Assembly: GCF_000020385.1 (NCBI RefSeq)
Contig: NC_010814.1
Coordinates: 3,480,001 to 3,512,000, forward strand
DNA from: Trichlorobacter lovleyi SZ
GTDB lineage: Bacteria > Desulfobacterota > Desulfuromonadia > Geobacterales > Pseudopelobacteraceae
Length of the DNA stretch: 32,000 nucleotides
Reading direction: 5' to 3'
The position numbers were made by a program, and so were the translations under genes. A model generated the notes under the pieces. It had not been told where the DNA came from. It was given only the letters and a program-made list of their open reading frames with translations, and made no database searches. Shown piece after piece: positions 1-6,052 of the stretch (positions are counted from its first letter, which is position 1; the number at the start of each line of letters is the position of its first letter).

Positions 1-861
1 CACAAATCCCTCAAAAGTAAGTCCGGTATGATAATCAAGCCCCCGGGTTTCGCCAAGGTCAATTGAAAGGCAATCCTCTACACCGTGCATAGCAAGAATC
101 TGGACGACTTCCGCAATATTTTGCAAGGCCGCTCGCGAACGTACGTTATGCACCACCCTGGCCGCCTCAACAAGAACCTCGCTCCCGCCAAACAGTCGTG
201 TCAATGAAATCAGCTCTTGATGCGAATCTGCCGCTACCGGGTAACGCATTAACAACATCTTCACCGCAGAAACATCTTTTAACGATACCGCCTCACGGAC
301 TAAACGTAACGGCTCACCATGTAGACCAGAAGCAGCGAAGACGCCCTGACAAAAGCCCACTTGTCCCAAGTCGACCTTAAAATCACGCAGCTTGGCAGCC
401 TTCATGACTTCAACCGCCATAGCCACCATCTCGGCATCTGCCTCAGGTGAGTCCAAGCCGATCAGTTCAACACCAGCCTGCATTATTTCACGGTTTCGAC
501 CGCTTTGGAGTTCAGCGTGACGTAGCACCCTCCCTGCATAGCTTATCCTGTACGGCAACAGCTGCCCTTTCATTCGTGTGGCAACTATCCGGGCAATTTG
601 TGGTGTAATGTCAGGCGGTATGGCTAACAATCGCCCCGATTGCCAGTCGTCAAAACGGAAGGTGCGAGAACGTAACCCCTCCCCCATTCCAATGGCAAGC
701 ACATCTTCAAACTCCAAAGCAGGGGGCAAAATCTGTTGAAATCCCCAAGCTGTTGCCACATGCAGTACCTGCTGCTCAAGCTCAGACAAGCGCGCTGCCC
801 GACCAGGCAAGTAATCTGCAACCCCACGGGGCAGCGAAGTATCAATAAACGTTGATTCCAA
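1..861 (-). CDS. hisZ: ATP phosphoribosyltransferase regulatory subunit HisZ (N-terminal part; the 3' end runs off the window)
   Basis: Absent from the ORF track because it is open to the window edge. My minus-strand translation starts at a TTG at 859-861, preceded in frame by TGA. It reads LESTFIDTSLPRGVADYLPGRAARLSELEQQVL...RISYAGRVLRHAELQSGRNREIMQAGVELIG...DLGETRGLDYHTGLTFEGFV. This is the HisS-paralog pattern typical of HisZ (LPxGxxDxLP, GRxRExxQxGxE, YYTG-like end). Confidence 0.8.
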   Translation of the reverse strand, partial: MESTFIDTSLPRGVADYLPGRAARLSELEQQVLHVATAWGFQQILPPALEFEDVLAIGMGEGLRSRTFRFDDWQSGRLLAIPPDITPQIARIVATRMKGQLLPYRISYAGRVLRHAELQSGRNREIMQAGVELIGLDSPEADAEMVAMAVEVMKAAKLRDFKVDLGQVGFCQGVFAASGLHGEPLRLVREAVSLKDVSAVKMLLMRYPVAADSHQELISLTRLFGGSEVLVEAARVVHNVRSRAALQNIAEVVQILAMHGVEDCLSIDLGETRGLDYHTGLTFEGFV

Positions 862-993
862 TCAGTGTTACCTTCTTGATTTTGCTACATCCAGAGATAT
901 TTCCGAGTGCGGATAAGGACGCTGGAGTATGCCATAACCACTTATCTGTGTCAAAACAAAGCCTGCCCTTTTACAGCTCACAACCAAGCAGTT

Positions 994-1039
994 ATCAGCA
1001 TAAAGGCGGCATGGTATTCCATGCCGCCTTTATGCTGAT
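994..1039. terminator. Perfect 21-bp stem / 4-nt loop hairpin, probable bidirectional intrinsic terminator downstream of the 510-aa ORF
   Basis: ATCAGCATAAAGGCGGCATGG (994-1014), loop TATT, then CCATGCCGCCTTTATGCTGAT (1019-1039), an exact reverse complement. The GC-rich core GGCGGCATGG/CCATGCCGCC is flanked by an A-tract and a T-tract that pair with each other. It lies 15 nt past the stop at 1054. Confidence 0.6.
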
Positions 1040-1053
1040 CAAAGCCTTATTTA

Positions 1054-2586
1054 TTATTCTACTTTTTTGATTTGCAAGGCACTCGCACCTTTGTTACGCA
1101 TAAGCACATCTTCCCGCTGGGTTAACTGCAGCAGGAGCAGTTCACTCCTCGCCTCATCAAAAGCAAAATCAGGCATGTAACTCTGGGTGTCTTTTGTACG
1201 CCAGACCTCTTCCAGTGCAGCGCCGTTCCAGTACAAACTGTATACCGCACCACGTTTGTACATGCGGGCATTGCCCAGCACCCAGAAACCATCGTTCTTG
1301 CCCACCAAAACTTCCTGTTTGGAGGTTACCAAGATCCTTTGATTCATAAAGAACCAGCGGTATTTATCAGTGGTTGGATTTATCATTGCATCATCCTCCA
1401 CCTTGTAAAACAGTTCTGAGCCACCAAAAGCATCGCTGCTCCGCCACAATTCTTTCTGCTCTTTATCGTAGACAATCAGATAATTTTCATCATGATAGAC
1501 CACAGTAAGAAGCTCGCCACCGGTATTTTTCAGCTGATTAAAGCTATAAATATTCCCAAAGCGCGGCATTGAAATCTTGGCCTTTTTAACGATCTTTTTC
1601 CCCTCAACCATCACTTCATACACGTCACCATAATAGCGGTCAGCTTTACGTCCCTGCTCCTGGGCATACAGCTTGAGCGGCCCGCCAGCCAGAGCAATGG
1701 CGCGGAAGAAATAAGGAATATCCTCTGCCAGCTTGACCAGCCTGTTATTTTTAAGTTCCCAGATCTGTGAAGCAACTTCACCACCCTTCACAACAGTCAC
1801 AAACAGCTTAAATTGACCATTTGAACTTGCATCCAGATAGTCTATCGCCAGGATTTTGTCATTGGGGCCAAGACTAAAACCGGTTATAGGTCGATTTTCA
1901 CCTTCCCGAATCAGCTGTACGGCACGATCCTGCGCCATGAACAACAATCTTTTGCCATTGGTATCAACACCACCCAAGGCCAAAACATTAAACATCCCGT
2001 CCAGCCGCTTGATCTCTCCCTTATTAGGTGCGCCTCGATAGAAGGCTTGAGGTTTGATAATATCTCCTTGGGGAACCAGCTGTAGATCACCGCCAGGTTT
2101 ATCAACCACGCCGGAACGTAGAATATCCGACGAGCCCGTCTTTGGCGCTATTGCAGTTACAGTCGGAGTAACTGCGATCCTGGCGATAGTACCGGCACCA
2201 AGCTGATTACCAAGGTCGTTGGCTAACTTTTCCGCCAGTTTCGGGATTGCAGAAAATAGCGCCTCTTGTCCCCCCTCACCCTGCACATAGGTGCGGGTAA
2301 CCGTTTGGCCAGCAACTGTTTTAGCTACAGCGTCAATATTATACTGTTTCCCGATGCTAATATAGGTTCCGCTAATCATCACCTCTGCTTCAGCAGCGGT
2401 TGCCACAGCCAGTAACTTGTCGCCACTTAAGCGCGACGCCAGCAACGATTGCAGTACCGCTCTGGTATCATCCTTAGCCTGCGCTCCAACTGCATTAAAC
2501 TCCGCAACATAAATCCGTAACGGGGTCGCAGCAAAGGCGGGAACTGCACAAAGCAGAAGCATTACACACACTATCAAACGTTTCAT
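1054..2586 (-). CDS. Secreted two-domain protein of unknown function: Sec signal peptide, TolB-N/LpoB/CsgG-like small alpha/beta domain, then an FG-GAP/VCBS-like beta-propeller region
   Basis: 510-aa ORF with SD AAGGAGGG 3-4 nt before the ATG. The N-terminus MKRLIVCVMLLLCAVPAFA|ATP looks like a signal peptidase I site. Residues 20-125 (LRIYVAEFNAVG...VMISGTYISIGKQYNIDAVAKTVAG) resemble the small periplasmic activator-type fold. The C-terminal ~330 aa is beta-rich with degenerate repeats. The domain calls come from pattern recognition only. Confidence 0.8.
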   Translation of the reverse strand: MKRLIVCVMLLLCAVPAFAATPLRIYVAEFNAVGAQAKDDTRAVLQSLLASRLSGDKLLAVATAAEAEVMISGTYISIGKQYNIDAVAKTVAGQTVTRTYVQGEGGQEALFSAIPKLAEKLANDLGNQLGAGTIARIAVTPTVTAIAPKTGSSDILRSGVVDKPGGDLQLVPQGDIIKPQAFYRGAPNKGEIKRLDGMFNVLALGGVDTNGKRLLFMAQDRAVQLIREGENRPITGFSLGPNDKILAIDYLDASSNGQFKLFVTVVKGGEVASQIWELKNNRLVKLAEDIPYFFRAIALAGGPLKLYAQEQGRKADRYYGDVYEVMVEGKKIVKKAKISMPRFGNIYSFNQLKNTGGELLTVVYHDENYLIVYDKEQKELWRSSDAFGGSELFYKVEDDAMINPTTDKYRWFFMNQRILVTSKQEVLVGKNDGFWVLGNARMYKRGAVYSLYWNGAALEEVWRTKDTQSYMPDFAFDEARSELLLLQLTQREDVLMRNKGASALQIKKVE

Positions 2587-2673
2587 ATACCCTCCTTAAG
2601 TTACATCACATACGAAACCGGTGGAGAATGCCATATCCCCTGACTGGTGTAAAAGCGATCAGAGCAGCTCCAC

Positions 2674-2760
2674 CTACGCCACCTTTTTCAGAACTCTCTT
2701 CTTTGGCGCGGCATGCAGTTCAACAGTTTCACGGTGGGTACGTAGTTCATCACGGACTTC
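2674..2760 (-). repeat. Copy 1 of an 87-nt near-identical direct repeat (3' end of paralog 1)
   Basis: ctacgccacctttttcagaactctcttctttggcgcggcatgcagttcaacagtttcacggtgggtacgtagttcatcacggacttc. By hand alignment it has about 6 mismatches in 87 nt against copy 3. Confidence 0.85.
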
Positions 2761-3075
2761 ACCAATTTCACCACTAAGCCGCTTTTCAACTGAATCTATC
2801 TTCTGGTTGAGATTTCTTTCAACAGTATCTATCTTTTCGTTGTGATTTTTTTCTACCGAATCAATTCTGTTACCCAGATTTTCCTCTACCCGGTCCACCC
2901 GCATGGACAGCCCCATAACCTTGGCATCGACAAGTTCAATTTTACCCGTCAAACGTTCTTCAACACCTTCAATTTTATGATCAAGTACGCTGAAGCACTC
3001 ATGCACAGCCTTTATTTCAGACCGCATCGCCTCCAGAACCGCCATTAGTTGATTTGTCGTCACCATCTCATTCAC
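2674..3075 (-). CDS. Small coiled-coil protein, paralog 1 of 3 (133 aa, expanded by three 11-residue repeats), unknown family
   Basis: GTG start at 3075, 6 nt after GGAGG in the context gattttGGAGGcaggtcGTG. No signal peptide or TM segment. Residues 1-59 are collinear with the other two paralogs (ECFSV at 26-30, VDAKVMGLS at 49-57). The C-terminus is VRDELRTHRETVELHAAPKKRVLKKVA. Confidence 0.75.
   Translation of the reverse strand: MNEMVTTNQLMAVLEAMRSEIKAVHECFSVLDHKIEGVEERLTGKIELVDAKVMGLSMRVDRVEENLGNRIDSVEKNHNEKIDTVERNLNQKIDSVEKRLSGEIGEVRDELRTHRETVELHAAPKKRVLKKVA
2767..2865 (-). repeat. Three tandem 33-nt units encoding 11-residue (hendecad) repeats, present only in paralog 1
   Basis: Minus-strand translation gives IDSVEKRLSGE for 2767-2799, IDTVERNLNQK for 2800-2832 and IDSVEKNHNEK for 2833-2865. 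The flanking units VDRVEENLGNR and IGEVRDELRTH correspond to the only two units in paralogs 2 and 3. The length difference of 133 vs 100 aa is exactly 33 aa. Confidence 0.85.
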
Positions 3076-3144
3076 GACCTGCCTCCAAAATCTTGCTCTA
3101 TTGCACTATCTCTCAACGCCTCGATAGGTGTCAGAACCCGTTCA

Positions 3145-3231
3145 CTACACCACCTTCTTCAGAACTCTCTTCTTTGGTATCGCATGCAGTTCAACATTTT
3201 CACGGTGGGCACGTAGTTCATCACGGACTTC
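3145..3231 (-). repeat. Copy 2 of the 87-nt direct repeat (3' end of paralog 2)
   Basis: ctacaccaccttcttcagaactctcttctttggtatcgcatgcagttcaacattttcacggtgggcacgtagttcatcacggacttc. By hand alignment it has about 6 mismatches in 87 nt against copy 3. Confidence 0.85.
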
Positions 3232-3435
3232 AACAATTTCCGCGCTCAGATTCTTTACAACAGAATCCACCCGCCTGGACAACCCCATTAACTTTGCATC
3301 AACTATTTCAATCTTCTCAGTAAGTCGCTCCTCAAAACGATCAATCCTGGTGTCAAGTACGCTAAAGCATTCCAGCATTTGCTGAAACTTGTCATTCATA
3401 GTTTCCAGGATCAGGTTTGTATACTCTTTTGTCAC
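3145..3435 (-). CDS. Small coiled-coil protein, paralog 2 of 3 (96 aa from GTG 3435; 102 aa if TTG 3453 is used)
   Basis: gattttGGAGGtggttGTG puts the SD 5 nt before the GTG at 3435. From there the protein (V)TKEYTNLILETMNDKF aligns with paralog 3 (VTKSQLLAVIETMNDKF). The C-terminus is VRDELRAHRENVELHAIPKKRVLKKVV. The track start (TTG 3453) lies only 2 nt after the upstream stop and has no SD. Confidence 0.7.
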   Translation of the reverse strand: MTKEYTNLILETMNDKFQQMLECFSVLDTRIDRFEERLTEKIEIVDAKLMGLSRRVDSVVKNLSAEIVEVRDELRAHRENVELHAIPKKRVLKKVV

Positions 3436-3454
3436 AACCACCTCCAAAATCAAA

Positions 3455-3541
3455 CTACGCCACCTTTTTCAGAACTCTCTTCTTTGGTACCGCATGCAGT
3501 TCAACAGTCTCACGGTGGGCACGTAGTTCATCACGTACTTC
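3455..3541 (-). repeat. Copy 3 of the 87-nt direct repeat (3' end of paralog 3)
   Basis: ctacgccacctttttcagaactctcttctttggtaccgcatgcagttcaacagtctcacggtgggcacgtagttcatcacgtacttc. Confidence 0.85.
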
Positions 3542-3757
3542 AGTAATTTCTGCGCTCAGATGTTTTTCAACAGCATCCATCCGCTTGGATAATCCCATTA
3601 CCTTGGCATCGACAAGCGCAATATCTTCTTTCAATTCTGTTTTCAACTCATAGATTTCTTTTGAATGGACGCTAAAGCACTCAAGAACCTGCTGAAATTT
3701 ATCATTCATGGTTTCGATCACAGCCAGCAACTGACTCTTCGTAACCTCGTCATGCAT
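3455..3757 (-). CDS. Small coiled-coil protein, paralog 3 of 3 (100 aa)
   Basis: ATG at 3757 preceded by GGAGG (ctttGGAGGtgttgacATG). The protein runs MHDEVTKSQLLAVIETMNDKFQQVLECFSV...MDAVEKHLSAEITEVRDELRAHRETVELHAVPKKRVLKKVA. Confidence 0.75.
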   Translation of the reverse strand: MHDEVTKSQLLAVIETMNDKFQQVLECFSVHSKEIYELKTELKEDIALVDAKVMGLSKRMDAVEKHLSAEITEVRDELRAHRETVELHAVPKKRVLKKVA

Positions 3758-3785
3758 GTCAACACCTCCAAAGTTTCTCTAACAC

Positions 3786-3814
3786 ACTATGCCACACTAC
3801 CTAACCTGCCTCAA
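3786..3814 (-). promoter_or_regulatory. Candidate sigma70-type promoter for the small-gene array
   Basis: On the minus strand: TTGAGG (3809-3814), a 17-nt spacer, then CATAGT (3786-3791). It sits directly downstream of the porin terminator and about 30 nt upstream of the paralog 3 ATG. Each hexamer matches consensus at only 4 of 6 positions. Confidence 0.3.
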
Positions 3815-3816
3815 TT

Positions 3817-3847
3817 AAAAAAGGCGGTACCCGTTACCGGTACCGCC
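3817..3847 (-). terminator. Intrinsic terminator of the porin gene
   Basis: GGCGGTACC (3823-3831) pairs with GGTACCGCC (3839-3847) around a 7-nt loop. On the minus strand the hairpin is followed by a T6 run (A-run 3817-3822 on plus). It lies 44 nt past the porin stop. Confidence 0.7.
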
Positions 3848-3890
3848 TCTCATTACTGATTAACTCTCTTCTTACTACTACGTCATCATC

Positions 3891-5372
3891 CTAGAATGTA
3901 TAACGTGCTTGCAGACGCATGGTGTAGGGGTTTTCAGGATCCTTAACAGCAGTAGCAGTGCTATTGGCAGCAGCGCCTTTATAGAAACCGCCCAGAATCA
4001 TATAGCCTGCCTGTGCTTGCAGCTTCAGGTTCTTGTACAGCTGATAGCCAGCCTCAAGGTTGATTTCAGTACCCATGAAGTCACTTGCATTTGCAACGCC
4101 CGTTTTGGCATCTTTATGCTGGTAAGCAGCAAAAGCTGTCAGACCATCCAATTTTGGATTTGAAGCAGGTGCCCAACCAAAACCTACGTTACCATTCAGA
4201 TTGAACTTTTCGGTCAGTTGACCATCATAACCCAGTGTGAGCAGTGCAATGTTGGATACATCACGGCGGATGTACTGATCGGTTGATGTCGGGCTGTTGT
4301 AGGTGTTGCGAGCCAGAATCATCATGCCACCTTCATTATAAGAGTTAACTGAACTCGTGGCCCATCCGTTGTAATGGCTCATGCTGGAGCTATTGTCACC
4401 AGAGGTGAACAGGAAGGCGGTTTTCAGCTTGCCGGGGCCAACCATCATATCAGCAGCAGCGTTTGCTGCCCAGCCATGGAACTGCATACTTGTTGAGGTA
4501 GGCAGGGTTGTAGCAGTCGGATCAGCCTTCATATGGCCGGTCTGCATGGCAGCAAAGCCACTCAGATTCAAACCACCCAGCTTTGTCTGACCACTCAGAG
4601 CCAAAGTATGCAACAGAATTGCCTGCTTCTGGGAATGTGCATTCAGCAGCTTACCATAATAATCGCCGGTGTAGCCAGCTGTGGATGAGGCATAGTCAGC
4701 CAACAGATAATAAGAGAAAACAGCCTTGGTATCCTTGCTGAATGCAAAGGCGTTATCCATCAGGAACAGGTCCTTGTTAGCATCACCGATACGGGAGGGT
4801 GTTGCGGAACCGTTCATGCCACCGTTCTGGCTATCGTCAGCAAGACGGGAGTAGCCAAGAGTCATACTGTAGTTACCAAGAGTAGTAACACCAACAACAG
4901 CCGGTACGTCAGCATCAACCAAGAGGCCCTTGATTGTATCTTTGTAGGGCATCAGACCTGCAAGAGCAGTGAAGTTCTTACCAACGTTGAATTGAAGGTA
5001 GGCATGCTTGACAACAATACCAGCACCTGTAGCGCTATCGCCTGCGCCGTCTGTATCAAGATCACCACCAAGCTTGCTGTTACCAAAGCGCGAGTTAATC
5101 TCAAAATGAGTAACTAACTTGAGGTCATCGCTTGCTTTTGCAATGTACTGAATACGAGTACGCTGCTCAAAGTAGTTGTTCATCTGATTCTTGTCTTTGA
5201 GAGCAGTTGGAGACTTATCTCCGCCAGCAGCACTGTTGTAGTTAGAAAAGATGGTATTGAAGTTAAACAGACCGTGGAATTCATTCTCAAAGGCCATTGC
5301 AGGAAGGGCAGTTACGGCGGTCAGGGCACCGGCTGCAGCGATGGTCAACATTTGCTTTTGAAACTTAGTCAT
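3891..5372 (-). CDS. Outer-membrane beta-barrel porin (Geobacter OmpJ-like major porin)
   Basis: 493 aa with signal peptide MTKFQKQMLTIAAAGALTAVTALPAMA|FENEFHG. The sequence shows alternating beta-strand character, is rich in Gly/Asn/Tyr, and ends ...RLQARYTF with the terminal Phe of the OMP signature. A strong SD, GAAGGAGGAG, precedes the ATG. The OmpJ-like assignment is from memory of the family N-terminus, not from a search. Confidence 0.85.
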   Translation of the reverse strand: MTKFQKQMLTIAAAGALTAVTALPAMAFENEFHGLFNFNTIFSNYNSAAGGDKSPTALKDKNQMNNYFEQRTRIQYIAKASDDLKLVTHFEINSRFGNSKLGGDLDTDGAGDSATGAGIVVKHAYLQFNVGKNFTALAGLMPYKDTIKGLLVDADVPAVVGVTTLGNYSMTLGYSRLADDSQNGGMNGSATPSRIGDANKDLFLMDNAFAFSKDTKAVFSYYLLADYASSTAGYTGDYYGKLLNAHSQKQAILLHTLALSGQTKLGGLNLSGFAAMQTGHMKADPTATTLPTSTSMQFHGWAANAAADMMVGPGKLKTAFLFTSGDNSSSMSHYNGWATSSVNSYNEGGMMILARNTYNSPTSTDQYIRRDVSNIALLTLGYDGQLTEKFNLNGNVGFGWAPASNPKLDGLTAFAAYQHKDAKTGVANASDFMGTEINLEAGYQLYKNLKLQAQAGYMILGGFYKGAAANSTATAVKDPENPYTMRLQARYTF

Positions 5373-5560
5373 AATTATTACTCCTCCTTCATGTGGTGTA
5401 TGTACTGCCTAAAAACATAATTGAAATTCTTCTTAACTTACTGCTTTTTATTGATTGCCTGGGAGTCTCACCGCCCTTCATATAAATTATGAATATTTAA
5501 AACTACTTACAAACTTCATTCTAATATTCAACTACTTATATGTTCTAGTAATCGTAGGCA

Positions 5561-5588
5561 ATAATACAATAAATCAAACGACTGTCAA
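5561..5588 (-). promoter_or_regulatory. Near-consensus sigma70 promoter upstream of the porin gene
   Basis: On the minus strand: TTGACA (5583-5588), a 16-nt spacer, then TATTAT (5561-5566). This would give an AT-rich leader of about 180 nt before the porin ATG at 5372. Confidence 0.5.
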
Positions 5589-5633
5589 GCGCAAATCTGA
5601 ATTTATTTGCCATAGCAGCTCTGCAAAGCGTCA

Positions 5634-6038
5634 TTAATGCCCGCTTTGGCACAGCTCTGTAAGCACGCCGTGGCTACTTTTAGGATGCACAAAAGCTATC
5701 TTTGTGCCATGCGCACCGGCACGGGGCAGCTCGTCAATCATCCTCGCTCCCTGCCGTTGCATATCTGCGATGGCTGCCTCAATATCTGCAACCTCGTAGG
5801 CGACATGGTGAATGCCCGGCCCACTCTTCTCCAGGTACTTTGCTATCGGGCTATCCGGACTAGTGGGCTCCAACAATTCAATCTTCGATTCTCCCACCTG
5901 CAGCATTGCAACTTTTACCTTCTGCTCTACAACCTCTTCCGTACCTTTAAACTCCATGCCTAGTGCGTCACGATAAAAAGGTATAGTAGCTTCCAATGAT
6001 TGCACGGCTATGCCGATATGGTTAATTTTCTGCAACAT
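5634..6038 (-). CDS. mce: Methylmalonyl-CoA epimerase (VOC/glyoxalase-fold)
   Basis: 134 aa: MLQKINHIGIAVQSLEATIPFYRDALGMEF...IELLEPTSPDSPIAKYLEKSGPGIHHVAYEVADIEAAI...AFVHPKSSHGVLTELCQ. This is the typical epimerase pattern, and the gene is adjacent to MeaB and the mutase. Confidence 0.85.
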   Translation of the reverse strand: MLQKINHIGIAVQSLEATIPFYRDALGMEFKGTEEVVEQKVKVAMLQVGESKIELLEPTSPDSPIAKYLEKSGPGIHHVAYEVADIEAAIADMQRQGARMIDELPRAGAHGTKIAFVHPKSSHGVLTELCQSGH

Positions 6039-6052
6039 AGCTTAATCCTTTC

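Noticed and set aside
2677-2706. PKKRVLKK tail of the small proteins resembling a eukaryotic nuclear localisation signal
   Set aside because: The similarity to NLS-type basic patches is superficial in a bacterial context. It is noted only as a basic tail that might bind nucleic acid or membrane.
2621-3653. Three plus-strand ORFs (2621-2845, 3128-3385, 3417-3653) that all contain YATFFRTLFFG...CSSTVSRW.RSSSRTS
   Set aside because: The repetition is real, but it is the mirror image of the conserved 87-nt 3' module of the minus-strand paralogs. The minus-strand frames have SDs, coiled-coil periodicity and collinear alignment, and the plus frames do not.
3779-3794. Sigma-54-like TGGCAT-N-TTAG motif upstream of the small-gene array
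   Set aside because: The -12 element lacks the conserved GC at the correct spacing (TGGCAT AGTGT GTTAG), so it is not a credible RpoN promoter. A similar TGGCAG near 17545 upstream of trmFO fails on spacing too.
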